The position numbers and the translations under genes are program-made. Below are positions 9,078 to 18,051 of a stretch of 64,000 nucleotides of DNA, in pieces; position 1 is the first letter of the stretch, and each line of letters opens with the position of its first letter. Origin of the DNA: Rhodospirillaceae bacterium (GTDB taxonomy: Bacteria > Pseudomonadota > Gammaproteobacteria > Steroidobacterales > Rariloculaceae); assembly GCA_002718345.1 (NCBI GenBank), contig PBDA01000044.1, positions 19,226 to 83,225 on the forward strand, in the 5' to 3' direction. The notes under the pieces are model-generated. The model saw nothing but the letters and a program-made list of their open reading frames with translations, did no database searches and was not told the origin of the DNA.

Positions 9078-9881
9078 ATGAGCACTCGCGGAACCTTAAC
9101 TTTCTTAGCTAAAAAAAGCCCACCGCCCGTTTATCAAGCATCGGTTGGTGGCAAGAACGCTCGACTAGAATTAGTTGGAAACTATGAGCAACGACTGATG
9201 CACATTTCTGATGGGCGAAAAATGAAAGAAACTTTTACACTAGATCATCATGGTTTTCAGCTATTAAACCATGCAACAACAATGAAAGACTTTTATGACT
9301 CTAACCTAAGAAAAATAATTTACGAAACAGAATGCAAGAAAATAGTGCAAACCGCCACCGGGGCTGAGGATACATTCGTTTTTGATCACACCTTACGCTC
9401 TGGGGATGAGGAGCTGAGAAAACAAAAACTAAGTCGTGAACCAACAACAGTTATTCACAATGATTATACGCCTCGCTCAGCTAAAAAACGTCTTCAGGAT
9501 TTTATGGGATCAAATGCTCAAAAATTCATACAAAAACCATTCGCTATAGTAAACCTGTGGCGACCAATTAAAAAAATTGAATCTTTCCCTATAGCTGTTT
9601 GTGATGCGAATAGTGTCTCCCCAAAAAACTTAATCCGCGCAGAAAGAAGAGCTAAAGATCGTATAGGAGAGATCTTCGTTGCACATTTCAACCCTAAACA
9701 ACGTTGGGTTTATTTCCCCGATATGAGTCCAGAGGAAGTCTTGTTAATCAAAACTTATGATTCCCGAGAAGATGGAAGAGCCCGATGGTGCATACATACT
9801 GCAGTTGATATAGAAAACACACCAGAATCTGCAGCTCCAAGAGAATCAATAGAGTCTCGTATATTTGCCTTTGGGGTGTAA
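9078..9881 (+). CDS. CmcJ/NvfI(AsaB)-like oxidoreductase family protein (tentative)
   Basis: 267 aa. The layout is LDHHGFQLLNH ... TGAEDTFVFDHTLRSG ... VIHNDYTP ... NLWRP, as I recall for this family. No signal peptide. Confidence 0.5.
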   Translation: MSTRGTLTFLAKKSPPPVYQASVGGKNARLELVGNYEQRLMHISDGRKMKETFTLDHHGFQLLNHATTMKDFYDSNLRKIIYETECKKIVQTATGAEDTFVFDHTLRSGDEELRKQKLSREPTTVIHNDYTPRSAKKRLQDFMGSNAQKFIQKPFAIVNLWRPIKKIESFPIAVCDANSVSPKNLIRAERRAKDRIGEIFVAHFNPKQRWVYFPDMSPEEVLLIKTYDSREDGRARWCIHTAVDIENTPESAAPRESIESRIFAFGV

Positions 9882-9987
9882 TACCATCGACAAACAATCC
9901 GTCCACCCACCACAATTTAAACTTAAGCTAAAAACTACTTAAATACAGAAACCAAAACCCTATAAGAGCTAGTAATCAGAATGCTGA

Positions 9988-10722
9988 CTAACGCCTTATA
10001 GGGAGCAGAAGTTCACTGCCGTTATCCCTATGTATATCAAATGACCTTATAGTTATCGCCATAAAATTGTAATAGCCGATTAAACCAACCAAATCCATAA
10101 CACCTTCATTACCAAAAACGTTAATCGCCTTTGAAAATGTATCAGAACTCACCTTATCTTCATTTATTGCTTCACGTGTAAACTGAATGATTGTTTTTTC
10201 CTCTTCCCCAAGACCGGGAATTTTCATGGATTCATCCAGAGGTTTTCTGAATCTAACAATATCTATAATCTCCTGCTGCAACCCATTTCGAGTTGCAGCA
10301 GGCTCGTGTGCGGTATAAATATACTGATTATCTACTTCACGCGCTGTCGTAATAATCGTTAGCTCAGTTAGACGTTGATCTTTTGCAGATCCAAAACGCA
10401 CCCGACTACGAACATCAAAAATAGCTTCCGCTAATACTGGGCTGTTCATTAACATGCCTATAGGGCCACTCAAGCCGCTCTCATAACCTGTTCCAGGTGA
10501 TACATAAGTATCAAAAGCTTCCTGTCCAACAGCATCTAAATTATCTCTGAGTACCATTGGCAAACGAGCTCTGGAATCTTCATGGATATCTGCAGGAACA
10601 TTTTCTGCTGATAAAGGTGATAACAAAAGATAGTCTGCTTCTGATGCATATGATTTATATATCACTCCAACCCCAAAATAGAGCCCGATCAGGCACATGA
10701 AGGAAAAAATTTTTTTATTCAT
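9988..10722 (-). CDS. Secreted carboxymuconolactone decarboxylase (CMD/AhpD-like fold) family protein
   Basis: 244 aa with a signal peptide. It has the CMD-type segment LTELTIITTAREVDNQYIYTAHEPAATRNGL. It has no Cys, so it is not a CxxC AhpD. Confidence 0.55.
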   Translation of the reverse strand: MNKKIFSFMCLIGLYFGVGVIYKSYASEADYLLLSPLSAENVPADIHEDSRARLPMVLRDNLDAVGQEAFDTYVSPGTGYESGLSGPIGMLMNSPVLAEAIFDVRSRVRFGSAKDQRLTELTIITTAREVDNQYIYTAHEPAATRNGLQQEIIDIVRFRKPLDESMKIPGLGEEEKTIIQFTREAINEDKVSSDTFSKAINVFGNEGVMDLVGLIGYYNFMAITIRSFDIHRDNGSELLLPIRR

Positions 10723-10839
10723 AACGAAACACCCACTTAGTTATTCTTGCATAACTTATTTTTTGTTAAATAATATTACGCTATTTTTAACGGGTCTGAA
10801 AAAAGTATTTTTTAACACTAAAAATAATTATCGTTTTAT

Positions 10840-11448
10840 ATGAAACAATCTGGCCGAGAAAAATGGAATAAACGCTATAAAAAAGGGGCATACAGTGCGC
10901 GCTCATATCCTAGCGACCTGCTAGTTAAATGGCTACCAAAAGTACAAAACCAATCAAAAGAATTACATGCTATCGATATAGCCTGTGGTACAGGAAGAAA
11001 TTCAATTTATTTGGCTCAAAATGGCTGGCAAGTTGACTCATTGGATATTTCAGAAGTTGCGCTGAGCATCCTTGAAAAAAAAATACTAAAAGAAAATTTA
11101 TCAATAAGATGCATTAACAAAGACCTTGAGTGCACACTAAGTCGAAACAATGGCTTTTTAGTTGATGCCAATTATGACCTTGTTGTAGTAATCAGGTATA
11201 CCAATCTATCTCTAATAAATAACTTACACCGAATACTTAAACCAGGTGGTTACTTAATTGTAGAGGAACATTTAGTTACAACTCGAAAAGTAATCGGCCC
11301 ACAAAACCCAAAGTATCGAGTTGCACCACAGGCACTCAATGATGCAAGCACAGGGCTTGAAATTATTTCGTATCAGGAGGGTATAGTTGAAGACCCTGAT
11401 AACCGTCTCGCGGCACTAGCCCAATTAATCGCTCGAAAACCTAGCTAG
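10840..11448 (+). CDS. Class I SAM-dependent methyltransferase (TehB-like)
   Basis: 202 aa. Motif I is AIDIACGTGRNSIYLAQNG, followed by DSLDISEVAL and LKPGGYLIVE. Confidence 0.8.
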   Translation: MKQSGREKWNKRYKKGAYSARSYPSDLLVKWLPKVQNQSKELHAIDIACGTGRNSIYLAQNGWQVDSLDISEVALSILEKKILKENLSIRCINKDLECTLSRNNGFLVDANYDLVVVIRYTNLSLINNLHRILKPGGYLIVEEHLVTTRKVIGPQNPKYRVAPQALNDASTGLEIISYQEGIVEDPDNRLAALAQLIARKPS

Positions 11449-11548
11449 ACCGAATAAACCTTACCTAGCTGTTAATGATAGTAATACAATACAATCCTTA
11501 CCTAACAAAAAATATTAATAAGTCCATCGTAATAGAGGGGTATCGACC

Positions 11549-12376
11549 ATGAGACTGCTTAGCTTATTTTTTTTATTGATTTTGGCATCTACCAGTTATG
11601 GGCAACTTGCGGTACCAAACAAAGCGGGCATCACTTTTGGTCACGTCCATTTACAAGTCTCTGACCCTGAAGCCCACACAAAACTTTGGGTTGATCATTT
11701 TGATGGAGTAGTAAGTGAGCAAAATGGCCTCGCAGAAAGGGGACTTACTGCAATACGCTTCCCTAATTTCTTTGTCATATTGGAGAAAGGTGAGCCTACT
11801 GGTGGAACAGCAGGTTCGGTCATGGATCACATTGGATTTAAAGTACGAAATATTGAAGATTTTCTAAATAAGTGGAGAGCAGCTGGCTACTCAGTAGACA
11901 GAGAATTTATTGGGTCAGAGGGACTACCTAATGGATATGTCACGATGCCCGATGGAGTTTGGGTTGAACTCCAAGAAGATCAGGCGCTACCGGTGGAGGT
12001 CTCGGGTTATCACATACATTATCGCACGCCAATGTTTAGAGAACTGCTTGACTGGTATGTGGACCATTTTGACCTTGAAATTCGTCCTAGAGGCAGGATT
12101 GAAACAACTACGAATGTACCCGGAATGAACATGAGTTTTGCCTTGCCTACAGGGGAATGGGCAGGTTCAGAAACAGCACCAACTCGAGGACGATCTTTAG
12201 ATCATATTGGTTTTGAAATAGACAATCTGGAAGTTTTTTATGAAGAACTTGTTGAAAAAGGTGTTGAGTTTGATGTCGAACTTAGAGAAATCGAGGAGAT
12301 TTCAGTTAAGGTTGCAGCATTTACAGATCCCTCAGGCGTTCGGGTTGAATTGACTCAGGGCCTAGATCTTTACTAA
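11549..12376 (+). CDS. Secreted two-domain VOC (glyoxalase/bleomycin-resistance/dioxygenase) family protein
   Basis: 275 aa with a signal peptide. It has two VOC modules, FGHVHLQVSD...DHIGFKV and YHIHY...LDHIGFEIDN. Confidence 0.65.
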   Translation: MRLLSLFFLLILASTSYGQLAVPNKAGITFGHVHLQVSDPEAHTKLWVDHFDGVVSEQNGLAERGLTAIRFPNFFVILEKGEPTGGTAGSVMDHIGFKVRNIEDFLNKWRAAGYSVDREFIGSEGLPNGYVTMPDGVWVELQEDQALPVEVSGYHIHYRTPMFRELLDWYVDHFDLEIRPRGRIETTTNVPGMNMSFALPTGEWAGSETAPTRGRSLDHIGFEIDNLEVFYEELVEKGVEFDVELREIEEISVKVAAFTDPSGVRVELTQGLDLY

Positions 12377-12597
12377 CAAGCTTTAAGCTTAATAACTAAT
12401 AATGGTCGTTTTCATGGCAAAAGAATAAATTAGAACTATCGTTCTTTTTTAACTGGCCATAGCTTACATGCCTATATATTCCTAATAATTCAATATCTCA
12501 AGAATATACAAACCCCGGAATGAAAAGAAAACGAATGTTCTAAATCTGTCGTGAGCTAAGAAATCTGCCTAAAAAGCCTAGATCTGATGCGGGAAGA

Positions 12598-12674
12598 TGG
12601 TGGTGATGGGTGGACTTGAACCACCGACCTGCGGGTTATGAATCCGCCGCTCTTACCAACTGAGCTACATCACC
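12598..12674 (-). tRNA. tRNA with anticodon CAT (elongator tRNA-Met, or tRNA-Ile2 if C34 is lysidinylated)
   Basis: The reverse complement is GGTGATGTAGCTCAGTTGGTAAGAGCGGCGGATTCATAACCCGCAGGTCGGTGGTTCAAGTCCACCCATCACCACCA (77 nt). It folds with a perfect 7-bp acceptor stem, a 4-bp D stem (GCTC/GAGC), a 5-bp T stem (GGTGG/CCACC), the anticodon loop TTCATAA and an encoded CCA. G1-C72 are paired, so it is not an initiator tRNA. There is one A31-C39 mismatch. Confidence 0.9.
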
Positions 12675-12931
12675 AATTATTTTTTATCCAACCAACAACT
12701 TGATTTAATTTTAGCTGCTTTAGTCAATCAAATTGAGAGTGATCCGTAATGTTATTGAGAACATCACCTCTCTAGAACAGCAGGGCAACTCAAGCCCAGA
12801 CACGTGAATTTTACATCAGGGAAAGGAAACTTGCTGGTTTCTGGAGTTGTGTGTTCCTAATAGAAAATAGAAATACAGATAAGTCTTAATAGCAAGATGC
12901 CCCAATTGCACTTGCTTCAAACCTTCCATCA

Positions 12932-13121
<190 letters not shown>

Positions 13122-13132
<11 letters not shown>

Positions 13133-14378
13133 TCATTTCGGGCTCGAGTGGGATACCCGTAATCTCTTCGGGACCGTCAGCCGTAATCAGAACGGTGCGT
13201 CCCATCATCAGGCCCGTGTCCTTATTCCAGTCTGGATCGTAGATATCCGACGCGGTCGCGAACACCATGTTCGGCTGAAACTCGATCGTTGGCATACGTG
13301 CGTAGGCATGCTTTTGCCACGAGCCAGCTGTGCCGCCGTACATGCAGCTCGGAAATTCAGGTGATGCCAAGCCGTGGCCGTGGAAACCGCATTCAACTGA
13401 GCCGAAGCCGGCATCGATGATGGGTTTGCGAAACGCGTGAACGGCGTCTTCGATGAGATTACCAGGCTTCATGGCCGCGATACCGCTCTTTTGAGTTTCG
13501 ACGCAGACTTCATGAATGCGTTGGTACTCGGGTTTGGGCTCACCGAGACAGACGGAAACTTCCGCACCCGTGAGGTAACCCTTGTAGCAGGCATGGTATT
13601 CGCACACGACGATGTCGCCCGCCTCGAGCACACGATGACTTGCCGGAGGCCGTTTGCCGTGGGGTGGCGGTACGGCTCCGGAGCTGATCCAGATCATGTC
13701 CTCTTCGCCACCGCCGTGCAGGTTGGCATGCAGCATGTCGGCATACACCTCGGTTTCACGCACGCCGGGGCGCGCCGATGCGATCAATGCATCTGCCATC
13801 GCTTTGGCCAATTCGGCGGATTTGCGTATGCACGCAACCTCCTCAGGTCCCTTGATGATGCGCGTTTGCTCGATGAGCCAACCGGCTTCGACGAATCGTG
13901 CGCTGTCGAGCGCCGATGCAATGTGCGAGAACTGTTGGAAGGGAACGGCCTCAGGGATAACACGTGGGCGCGTTTCGCCGAATCCGACGATACCGATTGC
14001 GGCGTTGGCGAATCCGCGGTCTCGCAGTGTCTCGACGATGTTGTTTGTCGTCGACTGACCGGATCGAACATCTTCGACCCAGCCGCCGGCAAGGGCGCCC
14101 CACTTCGTCACGTCATGTGGGAAGCCAGACCAGATAACCGGATCGCCATCTAGTGGGAAGAGCACACAGCCCGGCGCAACGCGACCTGTTAAATAGCGGT
14201 TGTTAGCGAGAGCGGATTCCCACTTTGATTCATTTCCCCAAACCAGCAGGCAGTCGAGTCCGGCCAGATCCATACGCCAGCGCACTTCGCGCCAGCGGCG
14301 GTCGCGCTCAGTTGCCGTTACGTCTGGCCACTCTCGGTCTGCCAGTTCCCCGACCATGTTGGCCTGTTCTGTTGCCAT
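13122..14378 (-). CDS. M24-family hydrolase, creatinase/Xaa-Pro peptidase-like, encoded in the high-GC patch
   Basis: It has a creatinase/prolidase-type N-terminal domain followed by a pita-bread fold region ([35 protein letters not shown]). The canonical metal-ligand Asp/His-Glu positions look substituted, as in creatinase-type members. The preferred start is the ATG at 14378, preceded by GGAGGAG; the track start at 14423 is also possible. Confidence 0.7.
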
Positions 14379-14431
14379 ACTTCCAGCTCCTCCATTCTTA
14401 TATAGCCGTTTTCTGCAAGACACCTAACAAA

Positions 14432-14596
14432 TTATCCAAAAATAACCCGGCCGTTATCTCGTAGTGTTGAGTCATAACACTGCATTCTGACTTCTGAAAA
14501 ATCCTCAACAGTTGCCGTACTTAGCCCATCATATCTTCCAGTTGCACAACCTGTTGCGATAATAATAAGGAAGGTTAGCAACAATATAAAGTTCAA
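14432..14596 (-). CDS. Possible small lipoprotein (54 aa, TTG start)
   Basis: My own translation is LNFILLLTFLIIIATGCATGRYDGLSTATVEDFSEVRMQCYDSTLRDNGRVIFG, with the lipobox IATGC. AAGAAAGGA lies about 10 nt upstream. It falls below the track length cutoff. Confidence 0.3.
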   Translation of the reverse strand: MNFILLLTFLIIIATGCATGRYDGLSTATVEDFSEVRMQCYDSTLRDNGRVIFG

Positions 14597-14662
14597 GCAT
14601 TGTCTATCCTTTCTTTAATCTTACTAGTAGTAAAATTGCACTTATTTTTTAAGAATAAAAAA

Positions 14663-14689
14663 ACAGCCCTGAAGTATTTTCAGGGCTGT
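14663..14689 (-). terminator. Rho-independent terminator downstream of the TonB-dependent receptor gene
   Basis: An 11-bp perfect stem ACAGCCCTGAA / TTCAGGGCTGT with a 5-nt loop. On the minus strand it is followed by a T7 run. It lies 34 nt after the receptor stop codon. Confidence 0.8.
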
Positions 14690-14722
14690 TTAAGGTTGCG
14701 AATTATCTAGTGTTAATTAATA

Positions 14723-16873
14723 TCAAAACGAGTAATTAAATTTCACACCAAGATTTCTGCCTGGGAGTGGAACTTGGTCTTTAACAAAAGATGTATGGTT
14801 TCTTGCAATTTCATCAAGAAGATTATGTCCAAAAATAGTTACAGCAAACTGTCCATTTGAACCGACAACATCAAAGGTTTTTGTTAATTGAGCACCTAAC
14901 AACTGAAAACCATTAGATGCGGTTTCGTTTTGTGCGAGATTAGTTACTCTATCAACATCTTTTACGTCAACAGACCACTCTAGGTTATTTTGGGAATAAT
15001 AGGATAATGAGTAAAGGTATCTAGAAGGCATCATTCGGGGGATATAGGCACCATTACTGAATTTCCCTGAAATATCATCCCTGCCGAACGAGACATCAAC
15101 TAGGCCAGATCCTATTTCAAAGCTCTTTCCAATTTCTAACTCATAACCAGATATCTCCGCATCTCTTTGCAAGTAGTTTGCAACTAGCAGCCCTTCTTCC
15201 TTTTTAGTTGAGTCTAAAAGATAAATGTAATTATCAACATTATTATTATAAAAACTCAATGTTCCATAAAAATAATCATTCTCAACATTTACAGTTAAAT
15301 CCAAGTTTGTGGATTTTTCTGCTCTTAGGTTCGTATTTCCCTCTTCAAATCTGCTTGTAGCTAGGTGAGGACCATTCATGAATAGTTCTACTGCAGAAGG
15401 AGCTCTTTCTACACCTGCTACACCTAATGATATATGCCACATGTCATTCAGTTGGCGGCCTATGCTAAATGCCAAACTGGACCCATCGTAGTCTTTATCA
15501 TAAGCAGTGGATTCATCATGATGTTCCTCTTCCTCTTCCTCTTCCTCTTCATGTTCATGGGCTTTAATCGAACCTTTTCGGTTGATTTGATCAACTCTAA
15601 AACCAGCGTCTAATTCAAAACCGCCAATCTCTCTGCTTGCATAATAGCCAAAAGAGTTTTCTGTATTTTGAGCGGGCTGCATGAATACTTCTTTGCCTAT
15701 TATTGAAGTGTCTTCTTCAACGAATCTCATGACAACTTTTTGTGTCATTAAATCATTGCTGAGGTCAAATATTGCACCGTATTCTTTAGCATCATTTGTA
15801 AATTTAGTGGGGCCTGCATGATGCTCTTCTTCTTCCTCTTCCTCCTCATCTTCATCGTGGTGCACTTCCGCATGTGCCTCGGTTAATTTGTAATCGCTAT
15901 TTCTGAAGTAATAATCCATTTGTTGAATGAAGTTATTGTTGAAGTTAAATGCACCTTCTATATTTATTACATCAGATTTTGTGGTGCTGAAGATTCTTTC
16001 ATCTTCGTGTTCTTCCTCTTCCTCCTCATCTTCATCGTGGTGCACTTCCGCATGAAAAGGAATCCCATAGACGCTCTCTATATTGCTAGCAGAAAAACCT
16101 ACGTAACCCCAATCCTCAACCCATGAAAAGCCTATTCGGTTTGACTCAGACTCATAATCAGAGTTCTTTAAGTAATCCAAGTCTTCTTCATGATGATCCT
16201 CTTCCTCTCCTTCATGCTCTTCTTCTTCAGCATGAATAATTGATTTAAGGGGGACATCATAGTTGCCAAATTCAGATTTTTTATGTGAAAAAGTGAAATT
16301 CATATCACCTAAAAATTCCACATTATTTTGATATGAAAGATTACGTGTATCTCCACCATTTACTGATTGGCCCTCTACGCCTAGTTTTAGTTCTGGCCCA
16401 GTAAAATCTTCTCTAGCTATGGTGTTATCAACTATATTAACTACTCCGCCAACACCTCCATTGGCATAAAGCAAGGAGGCCGGTCCTCTGACAACTTCAA
16501 TTTGCTGAATATTATTCATATCAATAGCTTGACTATGGTCAGCACCTAATCCTGAGACATCTCTTACAACCATAGAGTTATTAAGAACTTTTACTCGGCC
16601 ACCAGATAATCCTCGAATAACTGGCTGTCCAACTGCTGTCCCATAGTCTGCTGAACCTACACCTAAAAGATTGTCTAGAGCTTCGCCTAAACTTTGGGTT
16701 GAGAAATTACCGATTGCATCACCACTGACAATATGAAGTGGGTCTGCAATTTCAGATATTAGCTGGTCCGTAAAAGAAGAAGTAACCACTACTTCTTCCA
16801 TCTCTTGTCCAATTACAAAATTGGCAAATAATGCACTTACTAGTATCAGTACACTACGAAAATACTTCCTCAT
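14723..16873 (-). CDS. TonB-dependent outer-membrane receptor with four His/Glu-rich insertions (candidate divalent-metal, e.g. zinc, receptor)
   Basis: 716 aa with a signal peptide. It has a plug region (VVVTSS...PVIRGL...VVRGP), a C-terminal barrel and a terminal F. The inserts are HAEEEEHEGEEEDHHEED, HAEVHHDEDEEEEEEHEDE, HAEVHHDEDEEEEEEEEHHAG and KAHEHEEEEEEEEEHHDE. Confidence 0.85.
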   Translation of the reverse strand: MRKYFRSVLILVSALFANFVIGQEMEEVVVTSSFTDQLISEIADPLHIVSGDAIGNFSTQSLGEALDNLLGVGSADYGTAVGQPVIRGLSGGRVKVLNNSMVVRDVSGLGADHSQAIDMNNIQQIEVVRGPASLLYANGGVGGVVNIVDNTIAREDFTGPELKLGVEGQSVNGGDTRNLSYQNNVEFLGDMNFTFSHKKSEFGNYDVPLKSIIHAEEEEHEGEEEDHHEEDLDYLKNSDYESESNRIGFSWVEDWGYVGFSASNIESVYGIPFHAEVHHDEDEEEEEEHEDERIFSTTKSDVINIEGAFNFNNNFIQQMDYYFRNSDYKLTEAHAEVHHDEDEEEEEEEEHHAGPTKFTNDAKEYGAIFDLSNDLMTQKVVMRFVEEDTSIIGKEVFMQPAQNTENSFGYYASREIGGFELDAGFRVDQINRKGSIKAHEHEEEEEEEEEHHDESTAYDKDYDGSSLAFSIGRQLNDMWHISLGVAGVERAPSAVELFMNGPHLATSRFEEGNTNLRAEKSTNLDLTVNVENDYFYGTLSFYNNNVDNYIYLLDSTKKEEGLLVANYLQRDAEISGYELEIGKSFEIGSGLVDVSFGRDDISGKFSNGAYIPRMMPSRYLYSLSYYSQNNLEWSVDVKDVDRVTNLAQNETASNGFQLLGAQLTKTFDVVGSNGQFAVTIFGHNLLDEIARNHTSFVKDQVPLPGRNLGVKFNYSF
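15830..15874. repeat. Copy 1 of a perfect 45-bp direct repeat inside the receptor gene
   Basis: The sequence ttcttcctcttcctcctcatcttcatcgtggtgcacttccgcatg is identical at 15830-15874 and 16010-16054. The offset is 180 bp, so the copies are in frame. Each encodes HAEVHHDEDEEEEE. Confidence 0.9.
16010..16054. repeat. Copy 2 of the perfect 45-bp direct repeat inside the receptor gene
   Basis: See copy 1; the two copies were compared base by base. Confidence 0.9.
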
Positions 16874-16921
16874 TTCAGGGCTCCTTTAAAATAAAACTTA
16901 AATTCTTAGATCAGAAAAAAA

Positions 16922-17191
16922 TTAAATTTTTGGAGGTGCCCTTGATTGAAAGCCTCTGGGGGCCAGAGAGAAGAAAACATCTTTCATTTGCAATGAAAGA
17001 GTTTCGGACAAAGTAACTGTTGAGATTACTAGTGATGATACAACCGTATCAGATATATCATTCTTGCAAAACTGGCATTCTATTTGTGCAGTTTCACTGT
17101 CTGAATAAGCATGATAAACAACATCCAAAGAAGTAGAAGCCAGAAACAAAAAGCTGGCTATAACAAACATTTTATGGGTTGCTTTACTCAT
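16922..17191 (-). CDS. Small exported hypothetical protein with a C-x-x-C motif, immediately upstream of the TonB-dependent receptor
   Basis: 89 aa. The signal-like N-terminus is MSKATHKMFVIASFLFLASTS, followed by HAYSDSETAQIECQFCK. Small H/C-motif proteins often accompany metal receptors. The C-terminal third looks non-genic, so the extent is uncertain. Confidence 0.35.
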   Translation of the reverse strand: MSKATHKMFVIASFLFLASTSLDVVYHAYSDSETAQIECQFCKNDISDTVVSSLVISTVTLSETLSLQMKDVFFSLAPRGFQSRAPPKI

Positions 17192-17280
17192 CAGCGCTAA
17201 TTTTTCATGCCTATATGAATATAGTCAAGAAAAAAATACTAAAGCTCGTTAAATACCTGTTAAATTAACGGCAGTTTTTA

Positions 17281-17297
17281 AATTATTTCAAATAATT
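17281..17297. promoter_or_regulatory. Perfect 8-1-8 AT-rich palindrome, candidate Fur-family (Fur/Zur-like) operator
   Basis: The sequence is AATTATTTcAAATAATT. It lies 90 nt upstream of the ATG at 17191 of the small-protein/receptor unit and contains ATTAT/ATAAT half-site-like cores. Confidence 0.25.
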
Positions 17298-17360
17298 ACG
17301 GAACTTACACAGGCACTTCAAAAAACCAAAATCTGCAAGTAATAGAACTTTAAAAGGTAA

Positions 17361-17981
17361 TTAGTTTTCCATTTCGAGCATTTCTAAGGCATAACGCAAC
17401 GTGCCTTCGCCATCAACTCGTTCACGGAAACTTTCAATAAAAACTTTCCCAACAATTTCATTATTTAAATTGACCACAAAAACGCCAGGATGAGGAATTC
17501 CATAAGCAGGCTCTCCCGGGCTGTATTGTTCATTCAATATCCCTAAAGCCGATATAGTTGAAGTATCAATATCGGAAATAAAGGGATAGGTTAAATTACC
17601 GGCATTAATAAATTCTTGCTGAAGTTCAGGTGAATCGTAAGTTATAACAACAATTCCAACCCCAGCCTCTTCGTAATCTTCAGCATTATTTTGCAACTGC
17701 CCGAGTTGCTCTCTACAAAATGGTCACCAATCAACGGAACGAATTGCAAAAACAACAAGCCCCTTTTCCCCATAAAACTGGCTAACACTAGTAATTTCTT
17801 GCCCGCCATAAATTGCCCGTATTTCTGGAAACAGAGAACCTATAGACAGGCCTGGATCAAAGGAATCTGTATCTTCATACAGGAACATATTATCCAAGTT
17901 AGGTTGTGCCTGTACTACACGTAATGAAATCATCCACACCAATACCAGAAGAAATGCAGGAAAAAGTTTATTTAATTTCAT
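17361..17981 (-). CDS. Exported AhpC/TSA (redoxin) family thiol peroxidase/oxidoreductase, candidate selenoprotein with U-x-x-C active site (in-frame TGA at 17726-17724)
   Basis: Track ORFs 17724..17981 and 17361..17696 share one frame. Read through, the junction is ...FAIRSVDW-TGA-PFCREQLGQLQNNAEDYEEAGVGIVVITYD.... The N-terminal signal peptide is MKLNKLFPAFLLVLVWMISLRVVQA. The downstream redoxin body includes FPFISD-type and PGVFVVN motifs. Confidence 0.6.
17688..17721 (-). promoter_or_regulatory. Candidate bacterial SECIS hairpin
   Basis: The mRNA reads UGA-CC-AUUUU-GUAGAGA-GCAACU-CGGGC-AGUUGC-AAAAU. This gives a 6-bp perfect upper stem, the G-rich apical loop CGGGC about 20-24 nt after the UGA, and a possible 5-bp lower stem with a 7-nt bulge. 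Confidence 0.45.
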
Positions 17982-18051
17982 TTTAACAAGGCCTTAAATC
18001 TCTTAAGTTGACTATTATACCTTTGGTTTGTCACTGAACCCCAACTCTTTA

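Noticed and set aside
12381-12395. An AAGCTTtAAGCTT palindrome after the VOC gene, considered as a possible terminator.
   Set aside because: The loop would be only 1 nt and no T-tract follows. This is structurally implausible as an intrinsic terminator.
15500-16230. Repetitive ctcttcctc / ttcttcctc tracts, considered as a possible tandem-repeat locus or CRISPR-like array.
   Set aside because: They are the antisense of GAA/GAG/CAT codons inside one continuous 716-aa receptor ORF. There is no repeat-spacer periodicity and no cas genes.
17724-17726. Reading the TGA as an ordinary stop, giving two separate small genes or a dead pseudogene.
   Set aside because: This reading is not fully excluded. 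It is disfavoured because the TGA falls precisely on the CxxC first-Cys position, the frames are continuous, the downstream part has no credible independent start or signal peptide, and a hairpin with SECIS-like spacing follows. It is kept as the explicit alternative in the finding.
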